This document shows positions 52,071-64,000 of a DNA stretch of 64,000 nt, one piece after another. Position numbers and translations under genes: made by a program. Positions within the stretch are counted from its first letter, which is position 1. Every line of letters starts with the position of its first letter. Origin of the DNA: Ruditapes philippinarum (Eukaryota); NCBI RefSeq assembly GCF_026571515.1, contig NW_026856059.1, positions 62,001 through 126,000 on the forward strand. Reading direction: 5' to 3'. The notes below the pieces were generated by a model, which was not told the origin of the DNA, searched no databases, and saw only the letters and a list, made by a program, of their open reading frames with translations.

Positions 52071-53308
52071 CATGAAAAGCATAATATCATATGAAATGAA
52101 CAGGATATACATTCCATTGTAAACATCATATGCACGATAGAATCACAATTTAACCCGTTAAATTGTAATAAAATTTAAATCGATTACTATAGTATACTGA
52201 ATTATCTTTAATATTTATATTATGGCGACATAAATGAGAGCGCAGAAGGTTACACAGAAAAATCAGTAAGATTAATTTAAGACATTTCAAAAACGGAATG
52301 AAATATCTGCGAAATTGTTTGTCATGTAAGATCAAATCATAATTGATACTAGCCTGTGTTCACGAGTGAAATATAATTTGATCTTACACCGAAACAAACA
52401 AATATCTTACATATATTTTTTTTCTAATTTTTCAACATGTTCCTTTACAAAAAAAAAATGAGTTTTCATTTAGACACGGAAATGACCGAAACTTGCCGAA
52501 CATTTTAAGCGTAATGTCACACATTTATCGGTATGACACCCAGGAGGTATACCGATGACATTACTGTTTTATTCATGCTAGTGATTTATTAGTGGAATTG
52601 CTCTGTTATTGAAATGAAACGATCCGATCTTAGATATTAAAGCTCTTGTATAGACGGGTTTTGCTGATAGACCGCATTGTTTGTATTTCCTGTCAGATTA
52701 TAGAAAATGTTCACGATTTAACGTCAGTCTGTGATGTGGGTTTAAAAAGGCAATCACCAGAAGGTCTTGCTAATCGATAGTCTACCACAATGCTTTGTTG
52801 TATGACTGATCTGATGTGACTTGTATAAATGTAATGTGTTTTTATTGATAGAATATACGCGAATACATTACAAAGAGAGGAAGGTATTCTAAAACAGGTT
52901 AATCAGAGATGGAGCACGAGCGTTTATCTAAATAAAGTCTTTTCATTATTTTAAAACGCCGCCGTTTACGGAAAAAGAACTGTCACCAATCACTGAATTC
53001 TGGATCATAATTGTGTGCTAAATATTGATTCTGTAAAAAGTTGAAAATGTTTTTTGTCGCGAATATTTTAGTAAATTTATACGACCATGGAAATGCATAA
53101 TAAACAGTGCACGTGCGTTACGAGTTATTCATGTGTTTTTGTCAACAAGCTTAAAGGTAAGTGTGAAGTAAAGCGAAGTTCGAAGCGAAGAATAGATACA
53201 CAGTGTAGCATAGGGACTATTATAAATGGAAATGTATTTCAGTCGTAATTCGGGATCTCAGATTAAAAAGTAATCGGTTAGAAGGAAAGGGTAGTATAAG
53301 AATGTACT

Positions 53309-53345
53309 TACGAGGACTGTCCGGAAAGTTCGTTGATAAGGCTAT
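53309..53345. mobile_element. Possible mariner-type terminal repeat (one end only)
   Basis: TA|CGAGGACTGTCCGGAAAG resembles mariner termini; no partner end was found. Confidence 0.3.
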
Positions 53346-53545
53346 AAAATAATTATTAATAGTCACATCAATGATGATCATGATTTGATAATTTTCTAAA
53401 GTATTTATTTGTTACATATTTCTAAGATGAAAAACATGAGAACAGCAATATTCGCAAAGCGCCGATCACCATGGCAACGTGATCAACGGTTCACAAAACA
53501 CTTTGATTTTATTACAATATTTTTTTATTTCAACTAATGCATTAG

Positions 53546-53705
53546 ATAGAGGATATTAAATGAGTGTAGTTTAATACTGAATTTATTGAATGAGTTGAAT
53601 AAAATCATATTATGCGAGCCTCTGGCGAGCATAAAAATTTTTTTATTCCCCCGAGTTTAAAAAATTTTTGTATTGAACACCGAATATAATATTTTATTTA
53701 CACAA
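53546..53705 (+). mobile_element. Hairpin-type interspersed repeat (related copy at 57269)
   Basis: It starts atagaggatatt and forms a long imperfect hairpin centred on atgcgagcctctggcgagcat. Confidence 0.55.
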
Positions 53706-55128
53706 AATTTTAAAATAGAACCCGAAACTGTTTTAAAAAGGGGAAATTTTTTAAAGACGGCCTCAGTGTAACCCCCCAACATTTGCGCGCTTAAAAACTA
53801 TTTTTTTTAAAAAGCGAAATACGTCAATTTTTAAAGTGTTATTACAAAATTTGTGTAAAAAAACGTTTTTTAAATTCAATGCTTTTTTTTAAAACCCTGC
53901 GCCGGGGGTTTTTTAAATTTCTGTTTCAACTTTAAACAAAAAAATCTATCATCTATATAATGAAAAACAGGTTGATACAGCGTCCTTCTTCACCCGAAAT
54001 ATGGGGACTTAGGGCCAAAAACCATTACAACGAGGGAAATTTTTTTCCCGATTTTAAAAAAATTGTCTTTTCTGTAGGGTTTTATTTTCGGGCACTGATT
54101 GGGCCTAAAGTCCAGACAAGAAACAAAAATTCCCAAAAAAAATTTCAAAAAGTTTAAAAATCCATTTTGCATTTAAAAACCTTTTTTTTAATTTTTTAAA
54201 AGCTTTCTTTTTAAAGTCCGTTTATTTCCACAAAGACATTTTATTTTCCCAATTTCCCCGAGCAACATTTTTTTCTGTTCTGGGAATAGAAAAAAGAAAT
54301 AAATTTTAGTATTAATTACGGGTATCCCCAAATTTTTAAAGTTTCCGAAAAATAACAGAATTTTCTGTGGGTTGAATGGAAAAGAGCAATGTTAAAAATA
54401 AAAAATTTCAGCTTTTAAACAAAAAAAACAAAAACAAACAAAAAAACAAAAACTGCATTTACAATTTATCAAAACCTTTTTAATTTTACATTTTTTTCCC
54501 CCATCATACCCAAAATTTTAAACTAAATAGCTTTGGGATGAAAGGGTAAAAAGTAACGCTTTTTCCCTAAAAACCCAAGGGGCTTTCCCTTTTTTGATTT
54601 CTTTTATGATTTTTTTTAATGTACCCTATTTTAAAAAATATTATTTCAGTATGAAAAAAGAAAGTATTTTACAAACGGCGATTAAAAATCTAAAAAATGT
54701 ACTCAAAAAAGCCAGAATATGCAACAATGGCCGTTATTGCGTTAGTCACGCAGTAGAAATATGGCGAAAAAATACTGCAAAACCAAGAATTGTGAATATT
54801 TTTATGTTTCTTAAAATCTTAGAACATTTTTCTTAAGATTGATTTTCTTGAAATAGTTTGGCATATCTGGAGGAATGCAGCTTTGATATTATTTACGAAT
54901 AGTATCGAGTTTTGAAATCAAGGATAAACAGAATTTATTTATATTTGTTTTGACAGTCCGTTATCTATCTAAAATATTCTGTTATATCTTGATAAAATAT
55001 CTAAGACCTACTAAAGAATGGCAAGCCAGTAAGGCAGTTATATATTATACTTTTATAAACAGCCGTTCAACTTTAATTTCGAGTTTAAATTTAAATTTAA
55101 TCATGAAATGTTGTCATATTTGTTCCAG

Positions 55129-58100
55129 GTTCACCATAAAGATGAAAGTCAGTATGAAACTGATGGGGACGGAATGTCGAGCACTCTGACCATTCAGAGT
55201 GGTTATAGCTCTGACTACCGCTCACACACCCAGCCGTTATCCCGGCTAAGTAGACACAGCATCAAAATAAAGTCAAGTTCAAGCTTTCCTAACTTACTTA
55301 GTTTGTACCAGACACCAATACGAGAAGAGGTAATAAAATCACAAACCATATCAAAATCATACAACGTTCAAGTTTTTCATATTACGCACAATAATGTATC
55401 AAAATGTTCTGGGTTCTGGAGTCGACCCCGATATATATTGCCTGTAGAGTACTTTAGATATGAAGCGATCTATCCGTTAGTTGTTCAAAAGTCCAAAGTT
55501 TTAACACTGATTTTTTACTTGGAACACATAACAGAAAATAGTGCCAGAGATATTTCAAATGTTCGTCGCAAGACTGGCACATCGTGTTTCGACACGCATA
55601 TTAGATAAAAGCATTTATTTATAGAATTTTTATCTTTCGATGCTCTTATACCTATCAAATACTCTATTTCTTCTTTTCATTATTATGAATTCGTTTTTTT
55701 TAACAACATCGTTAAAACAAAAAAAAGAACATGATAGGAAAGCTTATGTAGTAGACCTTGTGAAGGTAACAGCAAATGATAATCAAAGACTTTGTACTCT
55801 TGAAAATGGTATTCAGTTACAATGTATTCGTTTGATAAAAAAGGTCACGACGTCTATAATTTCCATGTAAGTTTATGAATTATGTCATTTTAAAATTTAA
55901 TCCAAACAACAAATTACTGACGTTTACTTGCGCTATCATCTTATAATTCGTTGCAATATCATATTATAGTAGACTTATATAAGTGGTATCAAATGTTTTT
56001 ATTTTCGACGCAGGTATTTTCCTAAATTTAAAGTACTAGTGATATTAGTCTAAATGAAATTAAAACACAGTCATGTTTTATTCTAAACTTATAGTTCGCT
56101 TATGTTTACAATTAAAAATTATCATTATTTCATTATCCAAAAGGATTATCAAAGATTGGATACATGATCGACAGTTACATGTTATGAATGTTATACAAGG
56201 GTACATAACTGCTACGATCTTTTAACCGAAACATTCAATAATAGCTCCCTTGTACTGATACTGTTTTCAAGTACATCGTGAAGGCTCATATAATCGTTGC
56301 AATTTCTTTCTGATATTTTTTAAGTTTTACTTAGAAAAGATCTTATTTTGTTTGGTATAATACCATAGATATTATAGGGCTTAGTGTCTGAAATCTTGAA
56401 ACAGATTTGTTACACATCGGCTTTCAGTATCAATATCTTTAAAAATATCCAGTATTTTAACTCTTTATCTAAAATATTTGTTGATAAATGTAGGATCGTG
56501 TTCTTTGGACCAGTGCAGTACTCTGTGTTATATATTATATAACGTTTAGTGCCATATGTATAACTATACATGGCAATACCAAACATATTACCCTATAGCA
56601 AAATACATGATAACAGAGAACAAACTATATATGCGAATGTTGAGCCTATTTCAATGTGTAGTGCAGTTTGTGACTGTATAAAAAGTTGTTCTGAAACCAT
56701 CATTTTTGTGATGGTGGATTTGCTTTCATGACTGTTCTGCTAGGCACTGTGCCGTAATTGGACTGGCATATGGCGATTTGGTGGTATGTGTGTATTAATT
56801 CTCTCATTTCTATGTATATTTGTGTCAATTTTTGCGCCATTTTGTGCCATTGTATTACTCATTGTACATAATACATAACTCTTTGTACTCAATATATTAT
56901 TATTTCTCCTTTCCCAAATATATTACCATTGTGCTTTTCTTTTACTTAAAGAGTAACTTAGAAGAAATAAAAAAGAAACCGAAACAGCAGAAAAAAGAAA
57001 GACGAAGAAAAAATGTCACTAAACGACCAGATTGGGAGGAGCAACATGAAAGTCGTGCGAAACACGAGGTATGTTCAAAATATTCAAACCCGACATAAAA
57101 TAAATTGGTGATACGGGATATATTTACATTTCGTGGTATGAAAACCAGTATATTTCACTTGTAGCTACCGCCACTTGTGAAATATTTATTTTTAAACCAC
57201 TCATTGAAAAATAAATATCTATAGAAAGAAATGACTATTCTTTAAACGTGTCTTTGGTTAGCATAAAAATAGAGGATATTGAATGAACGTTTGTTCAATA
57301 TTAAATTGATTATTGAACGAGTTCAATAACGCCCTATGATGCGAGCCTCTTGCGAGCATGAAATGGTTTTATTCAACGATTTCAATAATTTTAATATTGA
57401 ATCTACAGAATTATCAGATAAAAGAATCACTTTTCATTGACGCGCATATAGTGTATCGGTAACATTTAGCGCATCTTTACAATTCTAATATTGTATCACG
57501 CAGATGACGTCACGTCAAAATAAATGCACGGTCATATGCATGCGACGTCGCAAATACCGCACTGGTGTGTGATAATTTTATTCAGTGAGTTCATGAATTC
57601 AGTAATAAACATACGCGAATATAATATCCTATTTATCACATACCCAAAATAAAGACAGTTTAAAGTAAAATTTGATCATTTTTCATTGACACGCCTATTG
57701 TTTAAGTCATAGTATTTTCTTTTCCATTTTCACTTGAATATATTTAAGGGTGTAACTAAATAATATATATTTTTTCTAAGTTGATTGAAATGAAACATTT
57801 GCGTGTCACGATAGAATTGTAAAATGTCAGGGTATGGGGTGGGGAGAGGTTAATGTTTACAACGGTACATTTCTTAGTTTTTGCGAAAATGTGAAATGGT
57901 TCCACACAGTCTGAATCGTTAAGATTAATGGTTCTGCCTTCTGATAGTCACAGTTCTTGAACTGAATAAACAAAGATGCATTCACAGTGACATGAGAAGA
58001 AAGTCAATTACTCTTATAGATAATATCCTCGTTATCTTTGCAGTCACGGCAGATACGTATGGACGCAGTGGCGAAAGAACAGCTAGACAAATTTGACAAG

Positions 58101-58199
58101 TATGTTAACAGTATGAAAGAAAAAGTGGAAAAACAGAGAGACGAAAGGCGAAAATACAATGAGATTCTTCAAGAAAGACTTAAAGAACAAGAAGAAGAG
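55129..58199 (+). CDS. Unidentified coiled-coil protein, three internal exons (55129-55329, 56952-57068, 58044-58199); continues beyond the window
   Basis: Three exons (201, 117 and 156 nt) have canonical AG/GT sites, are all phase 0 and join into one open frame: a Ser-rich segment, a Lys/Arg-rich segment, then an E/K/R/Q-rich helix (KEKVEKQRDERRKYNEILQERLKEQEEE). Confidence 0.75.
57269..57640 (+). mobile_element. Hairpin-type interspersed repeat, intronic
   Basis: atagaggatatt...attgaacgagttcaataa..atgcgagcctcttgcgagcat..ttattcaacgatttcaataa; same family as 53546. Confidence 0.55.
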
Positions 58200-58204
58200 G
58201 TAAG

Positions 58205-61200
58205 TTATACCAGTCTAGATATACAATCTACGTGACTGTAACATCTTATCTGTGGTCACATTTATACCTGTCTATATATACAATCTACGTGACTGAAACA
58301 TCTTATCTGTGGTCACATTTATACCATTCTACACATACAATCTACGTGACTGTAACATTTAATGTGTGGTCACATTTATGCCAGTCTACACATACAATCT
58401 ACGTGACTGTAACATCCAATTTTTGGTCACATTTATACCTGTCTATATATACAATCTACGTGACTGTAACATCCAATTTTTGGTCACATTTATACCTGTC
58501 TATATATACAATCTACGTGACTGTAACATCCAATTTTTGGTCACATTTATACCTGTCTATATATACAATCTACGTGACTGTAACATCTAATTTTTGGTCA
58601 CATTTATTCCGGTTTGTACATACAATGTACATGACTGTAACATCTAATGTGTGGTCACATTTATACCAGTCTACACATACAATCTACGTGACTGTAACAT
58701 CTAATGTGTAGTCACATTTATACCAGTCTACACATACAATCTACGTGACTGTAACATCTAATGTGTAGTCACATTATATACCAGTCTACACATACAATCT
58801 ACGTGACTGTAACATCTAATGTGTAGTCACATTTATACCAGTCTACACATACAATCTACGTGACTGTAACATTTAATGTGTAGTCACATTTATACCAGTC
58901 TACACATACAATCTACGTGACTGTAACATCTAATGTGTAGTCACATTTATACCAGTCTACACATACAATCTACGTGACTGTAACATTTAATGTGTAGTCA
59001 CATTTATGCCAGTCTACACATACAATCTACGTGACTGTAACAATTAATTTTAAGTCACATTTATACCAGTCTACACATACAATCTACGTGACTGTAACAT
59101 TTAATGTGTAGTCACATTTATACCAGTCTACACATACAATCTACATGACTGTAACATTTAATGTGTAGTCACATTTATACCAGTCTACACATACAATCTA
59201 CGTGACTGTAACATTTAATGTGTGGTCACATTTATGCCAGTCTACACATACAATCTACGTGACTGTAACATCTAATGTGTGGTCACATTTATACCAGTCT
59301 ACACATACAATCTACGTGACTGTAACATTTAATGTGTAGTCACATTTATACCAGTTCTACACATACAATCTACGTGACTGTAACATCTAATGTGTGGTCA
59401 CATTTATACCAGTCTACACATACAATCTACGTGACTGTAACATCTAATGTGTGGTCACATTTATACCAGTCTACACATACAATCTACGTGACAGTAACAT
59501 TTAATGTGTAGTCACATTTATGCCAGTCTACACATACAATCTACGTGACTGTAACATCTAATGTGTAGTCACATTTATACCAGTCTACACATACAATCTA
59601 CGTGACTGTAACATCTAATGTGTAGTCACATTTATACCAGTCTACACATACAATCTACGTGACTGTAACATCTAATGTGTAGTCACATTTATACCAGTCT
59701 ACACATACAATCTACGTGACTGTAACATCTAATGTGTAGTCACATTATACCAGTCTACACATACAATCTACGTGACTGTAACATCTAATGTGTAGTCACA
59801 TTTATACCAGTCTACACATACAATCTACGTGACTGTAACATCTAATGTGTAGTCACATTTATTCCAGTCTACACATACAATCTACGTGACTGTAACATCT
59901 AATGTGTAGTCACATTTATACCAGTCTACACATACAATCTACGTGACTGTAACATCTAATGTGTAGTCACATTTATACCAGTCTACACATACAATCTACA
60001 TGACTGTAACATTTAATGTGTAGTCACATTTATACCAGTCTACACATACAATCTACGTGACTGTAACATCTAATGTGTGGTCACATTTATACCAGTCTAC
60101 ACATACAATCTACGTGACTGTAACATCTAATGTGTAGTCACATTTATACCAGTCTACACATACAATCTACATGACTGTAACATCTAATGTGTAGTCACAT
60201 TTATACCAGTCTACACATACAATCTACGTGACTGTAACATCTAATGTGTAGTCACATTTATACCAGTCTACACATACAATCTACAAGACTGTAACATTTA
60301 ATGTGTAGTCACATTTATTCCAGTCTACACATACAATCTACGTGACTGTAACATTTAATGTGTGGTCACATTTATACCAGTCTACACATACAATCTACGT
60401 GACTGTAACATCTAATGTGTAGTCACATTTATACCAGTCTACACATACAATCTACGTGACTGTAACATCTAATGTGTAGTCACATTTATACCAGTCTACA
60501 CATACAATCTACAAGACTGTAACATTTAATGTGTAGTCACATTTATTCCAGTCTACACATACAATCTACATGACTGTAACATCTAATGTGTAGTCACATT
60601 TATACCAGTCTACACATACAATCTACAAGACTGTAACATCTAATGTGTAGTCACATTTATACCAGTCTACACATACAATCTACGTGACTGTAACATTTAA
60701 TGTGTGGTCACATTTATGCCAGTCTACACATACAATCTACGTGACTGTAACATCTAATGTGTGGTCACATTTATACCAGTCTACACATACAATCTACGTG
60801 ACTGTAACATCTAATGTGTGGTCACATTTATACCAGTCTACACATACAATCTACGTGACTGTAACATCTAATGTGTAGTCACATTTTTACCAGTCTACAC
60901 ATACAATCTACAAGACTGTAACATCTAATGTGTAGTCACATTTATACCAGTCTACACATACAATCTACGTGACTGTAACATCTAATGTGAAGTCACATTT
61001 ATACCAGTCTACACATACAATCTACAAGACTGTAACATCTAATGTGTAGTCACATTTATGCCAGTCTACACATACAATCTACGTGACTGTAACATTTAAT
61101 GTGTGGTCACATTTATACCAGTCTACACATACAATCTACGTGACTGTAACATCTAATGTGTAGTCACATTTATACCAGTCTACACATACAATCTACGTGA

Positions 61201-64000
61201 CTGTAACATCTAATGTGTAGTCACATTTATACCAGTCTACACATACAATCTACAAGACTGTTACATTTAATGTGTGGTCACATTTATTCCAGTCTACACA
61301 TACAATCTACGTGACTGTAACATCTAATGTGTGGTCACATTTATACCAGTCTACACATACAATCTACAAGACTGTAACATTTAATGTGTAGTCACATTTA
61401 TACCAGTCTACACATACAATCTACGTGACTGTAACATCTAATGTGTAGTCACATTTATACCAGTCTACACATACAATCTACGTGACTGTAACATCTAATG
61501 TGTAGTCACATTTATACCAGTCTACACATACAATCTACAAGACTGTAACATTTAATGTGTGGTCACATTTATTCCAGTCTACACATACAATCTACGTGAC
61601 TGTAACATCTAATGTGTGGTCACATTTATACCAGTCTACACATACAATCTACAAGACTGTAACATTTAATGTGTAGTCACATTTATTCCTTCTACACATA
61701 CAATCTACGTGGACTGTAACATTTAATGTGTGGTCACATTTATACCAGTCTACACATACAATCTACGTGACTGTAACATCTAATGTGTGGTCACATTTAT
61801 ACCAGTCTACACATACAATCTACGTGACTGTAACATTTAATGTGTAGTCACATTTTTATACCAGTCTACACATACAATCTACGTGACTGTAACATCTAAT
61901 GTGTAGTCACATTTATACCAGTCTACACATACAATCTACGTGACTGTAACATTTAATGTGTAGTCACATTTATACCAGTCTACACATACAATCTACGTGA
62001 CTGTTACATCTAATGTGTAGTCACATTTATACCAGTCTACACATACAATCTACAAGACTGTAACATCTAATGTGTAGTCACATTTATACCAGTCTACACA
62101 TACAATCTACGTGACTGTAACATCTAATGTGTAGTCACATTTATACCAGTCTACACATACAATCTACAAGACTGTAACATTTAATGTGTAGTCACATTTA
62201 TTCCAGTCTACACATACAATCTACGTGACTGTAACATTTAATGTGTGGTCACATTTATACCAGTCTACACATACAATCTACGTGACTGTAACATCTAATG
62301 TGTAGTCACATTTATACCAGTCTACACATACAATCTACGTGACTGTAACATCTAATGTGTAGTCACATTTATACCAGTCTACACATACAATCTACAAGAC
62401 TGTAACATTTAATGTGTAGTCACATTTATTCCAGTCTACACATACAATCTACGTGACTGTAACATCTAATGTGTAGTCACATTTATACCAGTCTACACAT
62501 ACAATCTACAAGACTGTAACATCTAATGTGTAGTCACATTTATACCAGTCTACACATACAATCTACGTGACTGTAACATTTAATGTGTGGTCACATTTAT
62601 GCCAGTCTACACATACAATCTACGTGACTGTAACATCTAATGTGTGGTCACATTTATACCAGTCTACACATACAATCTACGTGACTGTAACATCTAATGT
62701 GTAGTCACATTTATACCAGTCTACACATACAATCTACATGACTGTAACATCTAATGTGTAGTCACATTTATACCAGTCTACACATACAATCTACGTGACT
62801 GTAACATTTAATGTGTAGTCACATTTATACCAGTCTACACATACAATCTACAAGACTGTAACATCTAATGTGTAGTCACATTTATACCAGTCTACACATA
62901 CAATCTACGTGACTGTAACATCTAATGTGTAGTCACATTTATACCAGTCTACACATACAATCTACGTGACTGTAACATCTAATGTGTAGTCACATTTATA
63001 CCAGTCTACACATACAATCTACGTGACTGTAACATCTAATGTGTGGTCACATTTATACCGGTCTACACATACAATCTACATGACTGTAACATCTAATGTG
63101 TAGTCACATTTATACCAGTCTACACATACAATCTACGTGACTGTAACATCTAATGTGTAGTCACATTTATACCAGTCTACACATACAATCTACGTGACTG
63201 TAACATCTAATGTGTAGTCACATTTATACCTGTCTATATATACAATCTACGTGACTGTAACATCTAATGTGTAGTCACATTTATACCAGTCTACACATAC
63301 AATCTACGTGACTGTAACATCTAATGTGTAGTCACATTTATACCAGTCTACACATACAATCTACGTGACTGTAACATTTAATGTGTAGTCACATTTATAC
63401 CAGTCTACACATACAATCTACGTGACTGTAACATTTAATGTGTAGTCACATTTATACCAGTCTACACATACAATCTACGTGACTGTAACATTTAATGTGT
63501 AGTCACATTTATACCAGTCTACACATACAATCTACGTGACTGTAACATCTAATGTGTGGTCACATTTATACCAGTCTACACATACAATCTACATGACTGT
63601 AACATCTAATGTGTAGTCACATTTATACCAGTCTACACATACAATCTACGTGACTGTAACATCTAATGTGTAGTCACATTTATACCAGTCTACACATACA
63701 ATCTACAAGACTGTAACATCTAATGTGTAGTCACATTTATACCAGTCTACACATACAATCTACGTGACTGTAACATCTAATGTGTGGTCACATTTATACC
63801 AGTCTACACATACAATCTACGTGACTGTAACATTTAATGTGTAGTCACATTTATACCAGTCTACACATACAATCTACGTGACTGTAACATCTAATGTGTA
63901 GTCACATTTATACCAGTCTACACATACAATCTACGTGACTGTAACATCTAATGTGTGGTCACATTTATACCAGTCTACACATACAATCTACGTGACTGTA
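58205..64000. repeat. 57-bp satellite array (~100 copies, runs off the window), intronic
   Basis: Unit ttataccagtctacacatacaatctacgtgactgtaacatctaatgtgtagtcacat, period 57; highly homogeneous with a few recurrent variant sites. Confidence 0.97.

Noticed and set aside
51714-52122. Two overlapping 126-127 aa ORFs
   Set aside because: Products of a degenerate 21-bp tandem repeat.
53087-53156. First coding exon of the coiled-coil gene (MEMHNKQ...)
   Set aside because: It ends in phase 1 while the next exon starts in phase 0; it could be a UTR exon or need an unseen exon, so it is not called as CDS.
58232-58711. 159-aa repetitive ORF (also 60684-60878)
   Set aside because: By-product of a 57-nt (19-codon) period; most units carry TAG in that frame.
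58205-64000. CRISPR-like array of palindromic repeats
   Set aside because: Units are contiguous with no unique spacers, there are no cas genes and the context is eukaryotic; it is a satellite.

Overview
This is AT-rich eukaryotic DNA with spliceosomal GT-AG introns, microsatellites and N gaps. The gene and repeat types suggest a marine invertebrate, probably a bivalve mollusc (inference). Bases 1-45,250 hold a cluster of five intact two-exon genes and one pseudogene. Each encodes a ~275-284 aa secreted protein: signal peptide, a conserved 'EEPVCTSRFDYDHKMLQKM' coiled-coil module, then a Cys-rich bipartite domain of the spongin short-chain-collagen / collagen-IV NC1 (C4)-like type, with no Gly-X-Y helix. 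Three copies sit in recent tandem segmental duplications (units A, B, C) with mosaic sequence patterns, and the sixth is inverted. Interspersed are a 5'-truncated Gypsy LTR element, a near-full-length CR1-group LINE with a degenerate 2A-like motif, and many non-autonomous DNA elements. The last ~9 kb contains three in-frame exons of an unidentified coiled-coil gene, followed by a >5.7 kb intronic 57-bp satellite. Identities and alignments were judged by eye; no searches were run.
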